DNA from: Camelus ferus
Lineage: Eukaryota
Reading direction: 5' to 3'
Assembly: GCF_009834535.1 (NCBI RefSeq)
Contig: NC_045696.1
Location: 71,798,001-71,862,000, forward strand
DNA: 64,000 bases
Part shown: piece by piece, positions 40,950-53,300 of the stretch
Layout of the letters: every line of letters starts with the position of its first letter
Position numbering within the stretch: the first letter of the stretch is position 1
Position numbers and translations under genes: made by a program
The notes under the pieces: model-generated
The model's database searches: none
Told to the model about the DNA's origin: nothing
What the model saw: the letters and a program-made list of their open reading frames with translations, nothing else

Positions 40950-41024
40950 GAACAGGATGAAATGGAAGAGCATAATTTCAAAATAGGATGCATCACATCA
41001 CAAAAATCACAAAACCATTTTTCA

Positions 41025-41390
41025 GTTACATGTACATCCGTTGTATGTTTTTTTCCCAACACCACCAAACAATTAACTGAGTTCTGTACTGTCTACCTGC
41101 AGATAGCATCAGAATCCAAACATTGAGGGCTTACAGGACTGCTCCCATGCCTCCTTCAGAAGCCAATCACAAATCCAAGTTGTCACCTGTGCTTCTGACA
41201 GACTGGATAGGGGTGCTTTCTAAAAGTCAGTGCATTAACATAAACCTAACTGTGGTTGAAAGGGGTTTGTTATGAATGTCAAGACACTCTTTATCCCTCT
41301 TATCACAAGAAATTTAAAAGGTTTTAGGAGCTCTGTGCCAGAAACGGGACAAAAACAAAAAATATATTTCTCATTATAAATCACAATATG
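41025..41390. mobile_element. MER21-like solo LTR fragment
   Basis: gatagcatcaga...ttgtcacctgtgcttctgac...gtggttgaaaggggtttgttatgaat...ggttttaggagctctgtgccagaaac. Confidence 0.65.
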
Positions 41391-43684
41391 TGTGTATAAG
41401 TGTCATTATGTAAAAGTTTTTCTTATGGGTTGTGGTCAGATTTTTAAAACTACTGCGCTAGAACATAACTGACTTGTCTAAACCTTCGCAAAACATTGGT
41501 ATACAGTGCAATTAACTACCTACTGCAGGCTCTTATTAAGCAGTCCCCAATCTGCTGTGGATCCTTCCCAAACATCCTCAATAACGTAAGTGTTATATTC
41601 CATCAAACGTGATTGACAGAGGATTCTGCCTCCACCCTGCTACCAACTGTCTGACATGTGGCCACAGGAACATGGGATGACACAACCAAGTCCGTGCCCA
41701 GGCATTTCAGCAAGCCCATGAGGTCACCTCAAGCATGACAAAATCTATAAATTAGAGGGACATCATAATTCTGTAGAAAAGATGACAAAGTCCATACCTA
41801 CACCTTGGGTCATTATTATTTTTCCATCACTAAACTAAGTTGTCCTGAAATAAGAGATTCTATAATCCACTATACTAACAATACATGAATAGAGTTGAAA
41901 AGAGCACAATTCATTTCATAAGCATAAGCAGTGAGAGGGAGTTTTGTTAATATTGGTAGTTACTCTTTCTGAAGGTATTGCATGTTGTAGATTCAAAGAT
42001 GAATAAGGCTGGAGCTCAAAGTCCAGTGGGTGTTTCAGACATTGTAATGCCACAGAGGAGGAACTAGAAAGGAAAGCAATACAACATTATCTGACATAGT
42101 AATTAGTTCAACATTACATGGAAAATGTGAAGAAAGAGCTTTGGTAGTGTGGTGAAAATAACTAGATTAGTTTGAATCCAAGGACTGGTATTTATTTCTG
42201 TATATTAGTTGAAATGAAAAATACATTCTAGTCTTTGGTCAAATATATGTAACAGAGGGAACTAAAAAATTTAGATTCTTATTGAAAAGATATCCTATTT
42301 TAAAAGAAACAAATATGAACTTAGAATATAAGATTCCTCTTGTATTTTAGAGCTGAATTAGCAAAACTAGTGTCCAAGTACTTCTTTATTGTTAGCCTGC
42401 TTTCCTGATGTGATACCAAAATTGGGAAGATGATCTATGAAAAGATCGAAGGTCCATGGTTTTCTCTCATACTCTGAACATTTTTGAATTGCTGTCTCTG
42501 TGGTTGGCATTGTGGATAATAAAACAACCTTACATTGACTGCTCTCTGTTAATCCAGGGAAAGGACTGTTTTGCATTGTCAACAGCTGGCTGAGCAGCCT
42601 GCTACTCTCACCTATTTTGCAAGGAGGCCTCCTATCTGTTCATCTGAGTCTGGGGAAAGCTCATCCTTCAACCTCAGCTCTAATTTGCAAGGAATCTTAT
42701 GTTTATTCATTCAATTTCCCTTAACAACACTTTTGCAAGAAGGCCCTTTTAAAAGCTGTACTCCCCTTTGTGAGAATGTAAAAGAAATCATTTAAACAGA
42801 ACCTGGCAGGCAGGAAGAACACAAACGCTGGATAATTATCTACTTGCTCGCTGTTGGTTAATACCTTTATAAAACTCTCTTTGCTGTCAATGTTATACAA
42901 ATTTGTTTCTTTGTTAAAATAATATTTTCTTAAAAGTAAATTGAGTAGGAGTCTTGTCTCTTTTTGAGAATTAAATGCGTAGTGTTATTCTGAAAAGGAG
43001 CCACAACTTTATGTGGCAGATAGTGCCATGTGGTTCATGTTCTAGGGGAAGAAATCAGGAGGTTCAGTGAGCTTGCCCCAGGTCTCAGAGGTGGCACATA
43101 GTGGAGCAGGGCTTCCAACCCCCGTCTGGCTTCAAGCCTGCCCTGGTAACCACTCTGCACTGCCTAAGGAGGCAGTGTGATGGAACAGACTTGTGATTAC
43201 CAGCCTGAGAAAGTGGCCACTGGACTTATCTCTGCCTCTAGATCTCTTTCTGGCCTTGGGCAGGTCACAACTTCTCCAGACCTTGATTTCTTACCCAAAA
43301 AAGAAAAAAAAAAAAAGGAAATATTGAATCAATCATTTCCTTACTGCTCCTTGTAACTCAAATTCTGAACTTTTTTGTGAATCAACGGGGAAGGGGGAGG
43401 ACTACACTGTTAGTACCCTTCATTATTAAGGAAAACGGATACCTGCTATTGAGAATGAGTCCTTGATGTTCCTGAAGGAAGCTTGAAGGGCAAACTGTAA
43501 AAGATCCAGAGTGGTTGGGGATAACCCAAGAAAGAAAGAGAAATGTGAGAAAATGGTTACATTGCTCATCTAGAAAATTAAAAACCAAAGCAAAACTAAA
43601 CAAAGACAATTAGGAATAGAAAAATATCGGTAAGAGTCCTCCTCTCCCAAATAGATGATCTTACCAAAATTTCTTTCACTTCAG

Positions 43685-43770
43685 AATGAAGAAATACTTG
43701 AAAGCAGTCATGATGGGGAGAACCCTGAGCCAGAGCAGCTTGACAGCTCCAAAAATCTTTCCCCGAGCAG
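43685..43770 (+). CDS. MCF2L2: MCF2L2 internal coding exon (86 nt, phase 0/2), last exon before the B3GNT5-containing intron
   Basis: ttctttcacttcag|AAT...AGC AG|gtaaga; NEEILESSHDGENPEPEQLDSSKNLSPS(R). Confidence 0.88.
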
Positions 43771-46459
43771 GTAAGATTGCACATACCTTTGCAAAAGTCA
43801 CTTTAACCTAAAATTTAGAGGGGAGGGGGTGTTGGTGGAGGAGGGTAGGTTTCCTCTGTTTAAATCTCATCACTTATCTTCCCCAGATAAAATCACATAT
43901 TTATTCTATATACTAACCTTCATTATGTACCTGAGAACAAAATTCGTAAATCTCATAAAAGCAACAAGCAAGAGCTAAAAATGGCATCTTATAAGCCAGG
44001 CTTCCAAAGATACTCCGTGTTTTAAGAAATGGATTATCAAGAAAATAGTAAATGAAAAACTATTATTAATATTGATTAAATTATTGTATTTAAAGGCTAT
44101 AGGTCTCCAAAGACAACAATTTATGCAAATGTAATGTTATTTTTGGCCTACAGGAAGGTGTTTTCATGCATGTTAATGAATACTCTGCAGATCAGAAAGC
44201 CTTAAATTATAGTGGTTAAGACCAAAAGCATGAGAAGAAATTCATTAAAAAAAATCTTTATATTCAGAATCCCCATCATTACCTCTATTCTAGCATTTGT
44301 CACATTGCTTATATGCACATCATTTGACTTATTGACTGCTTTTATGCCCAGGGTCTATCATGCTTAGCTCTTAACAGGACTCAAAAAAAAAAAAAAAAAA
44401 AAAAAAGCCTGTAGAATGAATGAACAAACATCTTTAGGAACGTGCCCCTTGATTAAAGCCAATATTAGTTTAACTAGACTACTTTCTATTCTTTTACTTT
44501 AAGGTGTACTCAAGCAAACATGTGGGCTCTTACTGGTTAAAATGTATCTTTGAGTTATAGTAAAGGGCCCAATTCAGCATATATGAAAGTGTTTAGTTGG
44601 GTTTGTCTGAAAAACACTAATTGGCCACGTATTCTGTTGTTTTCATTAAGTGATAGTGTATCTTTGGGGACTTTTCTATTACTACAACCATGCCTACTTT
44701 TATTATTGTAATTTTGTAAGTCTTATAATGAGTCCCTTAAATTGATGAATTATTGCATTAATTTATAGTAAGTGATTAAATCATACTTCTAATGAAAAAT
44801 ACAATGGGAAAAAGTTACAGCATGTAATGAAATGAAAATACCTATGATTCTTGCAAAAGAGCTTTGAGAAAAGGCAAAATTAACTAGTGAATTAAGAAGA
44901 TAGGAGAATCTATAAGACTACTGTTTCTGTTCTACCACCAGCTTTGAGTAAATACTGTAAGGTCACCCATCTTTGCTGCAACAGTTTAATCTATATTTCC
45001 TTATTCATTTTTGATTTTATAGATTTGAGTTTTTATGTATAACTAATACAAATTTGTTGGGCTAGAGTTGATAGGTACAATATGCTTGGCATATAGTCAG
45101 CATTCAGATCTTGTTGAATAAATTATAAACTTTTAAGTAGTACAGGTAAAATGTTATGCCAGATGGTGTCCATTAAGGGTCCTGCATAATTACTCTCTTT
45201 TCATATTTGGATGGCTTGCCAGAGCAAGACTTTATTGTATTTGAAACAAAAATGTTTTTCAGCACTATGTGATAGCATTGTGCGTCCCTACCTTCAGAAC
45301 TTATATATCAGCTAAAAAAAAACACATGAAATAATTACCAGCTAGCACAATAATATATGGGGAGGGGAGGAGATTCTTAATGGAGGAGCAGAGTTAGAGT
45401 TGGATGTCCGAGATCAAAAGGTACAGAAGAAACAGTGTTCCTGGCAAGAGGAACCAGTTTGTGCCAGGTATGGTCATGAATGACATTTGTGATGGATAAT
45501 AGCAGCCATGGGGAAAATCAACCTACAAGAAATGAAAGAGGGAAACAAGATTACTTAAGGCCTCGAAAACCAGATAGAAGAGATTAGATTTGTTGTTTGG
45601 AGGCAGTAAAGAGTCTTTGAGATCTCGAGCAAAGCAATATCATAATGAAACTGCGATCGAGGCTTGTCTGCCTGCAGAATGCAGTGATTGCAGGGAACAC
45701 AGAGTCAAGGAGACACCTAACATTTCTCTCATTACTACAGCAGAATGAATAACCCTGTGTAGCAAGAATTCTCTGCTCTGATTCTCCCTGCAGCCTTGGT
45801 ATTCAATTAAAGCCCAAATATAGGTCAACTTAATTCTTCTGAGTAATCATCTCAATCTCAACTACAAACACCCCAGCTATGCCTCACAAGTAAAAAGTTC
45901 TGCTAATTCAGATGCTTCCAAGTTTAAAAAAAATACATAGATTGAATCACACAACCTACTATGCTAAAAATTGAGCAGGAATCAGGTGAAAAGCAGATGA
46001 GCACATACTAGGCACAGATATACTGAAACACCACAAGCTGCAAAGCAGGCCTAAGAACATTCCCAACATTAAGAGACTAGACTAAATTTGAATCAACTTT
46101 TGGACAGCGAGTGATATCAAATAAAAGGAAAATATGGCATTTCAAATGGTGTGTTAAGGCACTTTGGCTATAGGTTCTTACTTCAATCTTTTCCTGGACA
46201 ATCTATTGGGAGGGAAGAATTCCCCCACGTAGACATTCTGGCATAAATCATTCAACAAACCAAGGAGGCATTTTAGGTGGCTCCTAAATGCAGAGGATAC
46301 ACTAATTCTCTATCCTGAGCACCATGGCAAATCTGAACAGGAAATAGGATTAAGAGTGTGTATTACAGGCCTCTTTGACATTAAACAGAACAAGTTGATT
46401 GTATAAACAAATGATGTTCACACAGGAGTTTAAAAACCTTCGTGAAAATACACAGCTGT

Positions 46460-48904
46460 TGACAATTTTCAAGTTGTTTATTGGAAATCATAAATTTATT
46501 TTTTAAAAACCCACTAATTATTTTGCTATACAACAGCAAAACTGAAATAATATAAATATTCAACATTTTGGTATAAAATTAATAATATGGAAAAAAGATG
46601 CAAACCAATCAAGAGGTAAAAAGTTTTTAGCAATAACACTGTGTACAACCATCAAGTGACCGTCCAGGCTGATAGTGTATTTTCCCTTTGTTGACAATAT
46701 TTAAAAGACAGCCTTGCATTGGAGCACCAAAAAGTTTTTTCCTTCCTTTTTAAAAGGTTGGAATCCTTTATTTACAATTATTCTTCTCAGTACTTTAAGT
46801 CTGATGAAGGAAGCATCTAGCAATTTCCTTCTTATTAAAAAAGGAAGTGCCTTCATATTTCCTTTAAATGTAAATGTTTCATTCTATTTTAAGCAAAATG
46901 AACACAACTGAGGTGAGCACTTTCACAAATAAATAATTGTTTCGCCAAAGTATTGCTGTAAACAAGATCGTTTTGATAGCCGGAAAGAGACACTGGTGTT
47001 TTCAACCAATGGAAAATTTAAACAGTTACAAGTATAGATACACAGGGCATATATACGGCCAAAAGGCAAATGATTATTAAAACACCAATGAATAAAAATT
47101 AATTACAAACCTACTTTGTCAAAATATGCTTTTTGTTCTCTACAGTTTTTAAAATTGGTCAGAAAATTTGAACTGTAATGATCTAAAAACCCTGAACCTA
47201 CTCTGAAAGTAACTACAAACTAGAATGTTTGACACCTTAGTTTTGACATTAGTTAAAAATTCTAAATTATCTAAGCAATCAATGTAAACAAGCTTCAGTT
47301 TTCAAAATAGAAAAAAATTAACAAAAAACTTCTGTAAACATTAAAAAGCTACCTGCAAAAAATTATATATATCATCATCCAGTTGTGTATACTGAGAATT
47401 CTTTTTTATTCATTTAGTGTGTTTCAGACATCATCTTACCAAGTGAGACATCTTAGTTTTCCCTAACAGGCGCCTCTGCATACAAAGGTTTTATAATCCG
47501 TTCAACTGCTTTTGCTGAAGTCATAATTTTGACCTTCATATAACCTCTCTAACAATACACTTCACCTAGTTCTTTCTGTAGTGAGGGGAGGTTGTTTGCA
47601 TCATGGTCACATTTTTATTCTGCTTTGTAAAATAAATATAACTTGCTCTATTGGATCTTAGTCACATCTCTTTGATTACAAGGAACGTGCAGCTTTGCAA
47701 ATATTTTTAAGCCTCTATCTGGTAACTTTTCTATCACTTTCATTCTGCTTCAAGTTTGAAATATTTATAAGTTGAGGATCACCTCTGATAGTCATTTTTA
47801 TGAAAGAACAGATTTTTTTTTAGACACTAGTTTTGATTTGATGTTTAATACTCTCAATTTTAAAGTCTCAACTTAGAACAAAGTACTGTAGTTTATGAGA
47901 CTTTATTGCAGAGGGGTGTGCTAATTTTAGTAATCAATACAATAATTTAGACATTAAAAATTTTATTTTATAAATTATGAAGAAAAGAGGCTTTTAATCT
48001 TCTGTCTTTCCTTTTGAATTCTTCATTATTTTACTCCTCTATGCAAACTACATTTAAATAGCTGCCTTAAAAACAGACTGATATTGATTATTTAAAAACC
48101 AGTTGAAAAACTCATGAAATTAAAATTAGCTTATATGAATTAACAGGAATTTCTCCCTAGAGAAGGACCCTTTGGATAATAAACTGCCCGTGTTTTGTGT
48201 CATTTTCTAATAATTAAAAGCCCATAATAAAGTACCAGTTAGGGTAGAGTTAATGACTTTTCAAATTTCACATTAAACTTTGGAAAAAAAATATATATTT
48301 TAAATGACTCCAACACAGTCTAGGTAAAATAGCTACATGGCTGGACAACGGGTGATATGGTGGTTTATCAAGAAATTGAGTACATTTTCCTAAATCTCCT
48401 TTGAAGAAAGGGAGACTTTCTTTTATCAGATTCATGTACTGTCTTCTATGCCAATCTTCCCCTGCCCCCATCAACTCCATCAAGTGCTCTTTACTAAAAA
48501 TAAACTTGTATACCTGGTCAAATAATATATTCATTTCTTTGAGATGTTATACTATCCATTTACTTGGCATTTTTCCAAAAACAGTTATTCTGACACGAAG
48601 GCACCTAAATAATTTCTCTACACCTCACATATACTTATGGGTCAGAGAACTTTAAATTCCCTTTAGTTTTGTTTTCATAAACCTTGTCTAAATGTAAGTT
48701 CCTTGAAATGAATTTAGGCAATGAAGTAGATAAGTTATGTTGAAGGGCATCTAGAAGAACCAAAGAAACATTCTGATAGACTGGGCTTTCAAAATATTTC
48801 TTTGTTTTTTGTATTCATTTCACTTATGGTACAGACAAACATTTAAAGGTTTTTCATCCAGGACTGGCTCAGTGACAGTGAAAACATACAACATTCAAGT
48901 ACTA
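46460..48904 (-). other. B3GNT5: B3GNT5 3'UTR
   Basis: AT-rich stretch with no recognisable interspersed repeat, between the stop codon and the poly(A) signals. Confidence 0.7.
46477..46500 (-). terminator. B3GNT5: Tandem AATAAA poly(A) signals of B3GNT5
   Basis: tttatt at 46477-46482 and 46495-46500 (AATAAA on -), followed on - by a GT/T-rich element (gctgtgtattttc); implies a ~2.4-kb 3'UTR. Confidence 0.75.
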
Positions 48905-50050
48905 TTAGGCAAAGGCAGCCCTACAAGGATACGTATCCATATAGGACAATTTGCAAAGGAGAACTATCTTAATTATTCTGCAGTATATTTGCCCCCAAAA
49001 ACCTTTTGAAACTGTTTTTACTTTCGGGTCTGTGGCATCCTTCCAAAGGTCCTGAAGGTCTTCTACATGCCCGTGAGAGGTCATCATTTTATCGTAAATG
49101 CAGGGATGATAAGGAGTTTTACCTTCCCCAGAGAAAAACACATGGTGTTGTGGTACTAGCCCTATTTTATTGGCACAGAGGCCCATGAACACATCGTCTA
49201 TGTAAAGACTGGAGTTAAGTGTCTGTGATGCTTCATAGACTTTGGCGGCTACATCACCAGAGATCACATAGGCAGCTCCAGCGGTATAGTCAGGGTAAGC
49301 TGGCCACTGGTACATTTCATAGGAGACATAGTACTTGCTGCTTTTGTCTCTAACAGGAGGGGCGCCACGATGAACACGACCAATCCAGAGGTCTTGAACA
49401 CCAATTTGTTCTAAACTTTGAAGGTATTCAATAAGATTTGGCATGTGAATAAATATGTCATCATCAGCAGTCATAAGGAATTTGGCATGTGGACAAAAGC
49501 TATTTGCCCAACTGAACTGCAGAAGGAATTTAAGAGTAAGATTATAGAATGAATCAGCAAAGTCTTGCTGAATTATATCATTGTACATCTGGTCTTCCCA
49601 AACCAGTCTTCTCTGCAGTCTTTCTCTTGTCTGTGGGTTAGAAGGTGTTCCTAAGGCAAACAGAGTTTTGATGTTGGCATTCAGTCGAGACCGAACGTAC
49701 TTCTCGTTTCCCCACGTTTCCCTAATGGCAGAACGTCGATGGTAGTTTTCAGGAGCAGTCTTTATTAACAGTAAGAGCAGGATATCTTGTGCTTGACACT
49801 TTTCCTTGTGGTTAATCAAGTATTGGTACCGAGGAACCCCTTCCCCACTGCGCTTAAGAGACAGGGTATCATTCACAAATTCATAGCTATTTTTGAGGTA
49901 TCTGTAAGAGTAGGACTTCATATGGCTCACGATGTTATTATTGATGGGTCCCCAAAAGAACATGAGGCTTAGTACAAAACAAGTGGCAAATAACTGAATA
50001 AACTGCCATTTTTTTACTCTCCTGCCACTAACAAACATTCTGATGTCCAT
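48905..50050 (-). CDS. B3GNT5: Lactosylceramide 1,3-N-acetyl-beta-D-glucosaminyltransferase (Lc3 synthase, GT31 family)
   Basis: Intronless 381-aa ORF; type II signal anchor ([17 protein letters not shown]), GT31 motifs [22 protein letters not shown] (TADDDIF), IDDVFMG; nested antisense position in MCF2L2 matches known synteny. Confidence 0.98.
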   Translation of the reverse strand: MDIRMFVSGRRVKKWQFIQLFATCFVLSLMFFWGPINNNIVSHMKSYSYRYLKNSYEFVNDTLSLKRSGEGVPRYQYLINHKEKCQAQDILLLLLIKTAPENYHRRSAIRETWGNEKYVRSRLNANIKTLFALGTPSNPQTRERLQRRLVWEDQMYNDIIQQDFADSFYNLTLKFLLQFSWANSFCPHAKFLMTADDDIFIHMPNLIEYLQSLEQIGVQDLWIGRVHRGAPPVRDKSSKYYVSYEMYQWPAYPDYTAGAAYVISGDVAAKVYEASQTLNSSLYIDDVFMGLCANKIGLVPQHHVFFSGEGKTPYHPCIYDKMMTSHGHVEDLQDLWKDATDPKVKTVSKGFWGQIYCRIIKIVLLCKLSYMDTYPCRAAFA

Positions 50051-50362
50051 TCAGGTCTGTTTTTATTTAGAGTCAGTTTTAAATGGCCACCTGCTTCTTC
50101 AAGACCATAGAGCTTTGTCTTCTATAGAACAGACGTCCATGTTGGTCATTACTAATGTAAAAGGAGCTTCTTATTTTACAGAATATTTCCTTTTAATACC
50201 ATTTTTTCAGAGATGGCGAAAGGCTGGAACACACAGGAGCGTGAGGACGCTAGCACATCAGAACGCTCCTACTCTGACATCTTTCATTTAGTTCGGGAAT
50301 TGGCCTCCTGCCGCTATTCCGTGTGCTCCTTTTTGTGAAAGTTAAGTGCAACCTATTAGACC
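50051..50362 (-). other. B3GNT5: B3GNT5 5'UTR portion of the coding exon
   Basis: On -: tcatcttttctcttccag|GGTCTAATAG|GTTGCAC gives acceptors with exon starts at 50362 or 50352. Confidence 0.75.
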
Positions 50363-53300
50363 CTGGAAGAGAAAAGATGACAAGTGAACAGGTTATTGAG
50401 TTATCAGAAAGACACAAACTATGCTTAATTCCTTCCGAACTAAATGTAACCTGACTGATCTGGACAACAGGTGACAAGGTAGCTAGTATTTAGTAGAGGT
50501 ATACAGCTGTTTAATGTTTCAGGGAAGTCCAGGGAAAGGGGGAGAACTATCCTCTACCATCTTGCCATTCAGAATACAAAGACCTTTTTCTCTTCTCAAC
50601 CTTTAAAAAAAAAAAGGCTTCAAAATGGCTATCATCTTATATACTTAATGTTCAAATATCTCAGATAAGTATATCCATTAATATATTGACTTGGAATATG
50701 GTCAGGATGAAAGCAGCTATATAGTTCAAGGCAAAGTACTGACTGTAAAGAAAGTTCATAATAGTAAAAATCCATTAAATTTTGCTACAGACAAGGCAGG
50801 AATAGGAGTAAGATTTTTCCCCCCCAAATCAAGGTTCATGTCAAGGAGTTGATGTATGCTTCTCAAAAGCATAGTCCAAACTTTCTCTAACCGAAGTGAC
50901 TTTTGTGAGCCCCCAATCTGTACAGTCATCTTCTTTCTGTACTTTTCTATTCGGAATCTCAGAAAGTACCCCAAATGTTCTTCAAAACTGGGAAGCCACA
51001 GGATTGTAGCCACAGGCACTGTCTTTGTAGTCAGGCAATTTGAACATCAGAGTTGGCTCAGCACTGTATCCTGCATCAAACCCAGAAATCTAAAAAATTC
51101 TAATAATACTGCTTAACTAGTAGTTTTCATGCAGGTAAAATGGGAACATACACAGATACACAGAGAGAGGAAGGTAGATGAGTAATAATTTCCTGGCATA
51201 TAAGGGAAATCAAATATCCATTTCCAACCCATTCTACTGTCTTCTCCCCTAAAACCTGCTGTTTTTATTTTCTCTTTGTGTCTGACTGTACTTCATGTGT
51301 CTATGCCGGAGATCTGAAAGTCCTCTTTTCCCTCCACGTCCATATCTAGTTATTTAATCCTGTGAATTGCTTCTTCTAAACCTCTCTTCACCCTTTCATG
51401 TCATCATGACTTCTCACCCAGACCAGTGCAGCAGAGCAAATGATCCCTGGCCAACCCATCCTCTACTTCATGGTCAGAGTGACCTTTCTAAAACTCACAT
51501 GTAAACATGAGACTAACTGAGCTCTTTAAACCCCTCAGATGCTCTCCACCCATTGACAAAACCAAAGTGTTGGCTGAAAGCTCAGACTCACTTGCTACTT
51601 CATACACGCCAGCCTTTGCACCAGCACTCCCAGGGCCTGGCACTCCCCTTGCTGGTGTGAAGTCTACTAATGCTGACCAAATTCTATAGGCATCCTCCTC
51701 TGGGAAGTCTGAACTGGGCTCCCCCACCCCCTGCTCTTATCTGTATTGCCACAGCACCTTCTTACATCCATCTTCTTGTACTGAGACTTTTTAACTGCCT
51801 CCCTGATAACATTGTGAACTCTGACCCGAGGCACAAGGTAGATGCCTTGTCGTAGATCCCCTACCTCCTCAGCATCCATGCCAGCACCTGACACCTAGCA
51901 GGGGTTCTCTGAATATCGGTGCAAAGAACCATGCTGGGGGTGGAGCCACCTTTCACTCAAACAGCTGGTCACTTGGGAAGAACTGGGGGTCAGGAAGCCC
52001 AGCCAGGTACCACCACCTCAGATGAGGCCCCTGCCACCACTGCTTGCCCCCATGTCCTCCCTTTCCTGCCACCACTAGGAGATAGCACCTCCCTTCGTCG
52101 AAGACTCTGTCCCCATCTCTTACCACAAGTAAGACACATCCTTTTGCCTGGAGAAGCAGGCTCTCCTCTCAGGGTTGACAGATCAGTCTCCTGGGCTTTC
52201 AGCACACTGACAGGCTCTAGGCTGTCCAGGCTGGCTAAGTAGCCAAATCTACATCACAAGCCCCAGGGAAAGGGCTCTACTTTTGTGCCCAAAGGTCTCA
52301 TCCTCAAATTCCCCACTCTTTGCCCCAATATAAAGCCAACTGTACCAGCCTAACCTTGGCTGTGGGACGTCCTTCCTGACTTCAGGCCTTTTACATCCAG
52401 CTGTACTTCCCATCCCCCACGATTACTCCACATTAGGGTGATAACTGCCAAAGCTAAGCATGTGAAAAGTCCAGCGAAAGCAGATTAGAGCCAGGCGCCA
52501 CGAGACTTTATCTAGAGATAATTAGCACAGGTAACATCTTATCCCCAAGATTATAGATTTTAAAATGGCTAGCACCACTTAGAAAGCCACAAACAGCATT
52601 TTAAAAACAGAAAAGAAAAAGAGAAGAATAGAGGATGGTACAGTGCACTGAAAATAGTAAATTTAACTACCATTTGTGAAACTTTAAGTTTTTACCTTTC
52701 GAGTTGTAAAATGCATTTTTATAGTGCTTTATAATCAAGAAAGTAAAGAATACTATTCTAAGGGCTTGATCAATATCAGTAATTTCCCCTGTGGTTTGGC
52801 TGGTCATGGTGGACCAAATGCTCCAGAGAAGGGTAAGAGACAGCAGGACACATCCGTTTCTGATGGTGGCATCTGCCTAAACTTTGAAAGTCACTATCAC
52901 TGGTGGGGGAGGGCACTTCCTCTCAGTCTTAACAGTGCCCAGTTACATAAGGCCTACCTATGAAGGCCGATAGCCTCTTCTGCTCCTCCATGATACGCAG
53001 TGAAGGAACCGGACGCTTTATGCAAAATAACAGAATTCTTAATGGCAGATTTTACAACAGCATAGGTATTTAAGAATTCTGGTGCTTACAAAAGTAAGGG
53101 TATAATATACTAACTTTTTATGAAAAAAAAGAAAGAAAATTCTCAACTGAAATTAGTCTGCAGTTTCTATTCCAAGAGACTCTGAGAAGGCAACAAAAAA
53201 GAAAGTAACCTTTGGAACCACAGGCAAAACTAGCTTCTCGTTTCTGAGCAGCTGCACTCAGTGTGCTCCCACGGCAGCTTGCTTTGCACCTATTCACAGT

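Noticed and set aside
44383..44406. A24 run as a retrogene tail
   Set aside because: Sits inside an L2-like 3' end (…gaatgaatgaa) with no TSD or upstream mRNA-like body; simple A expansion.
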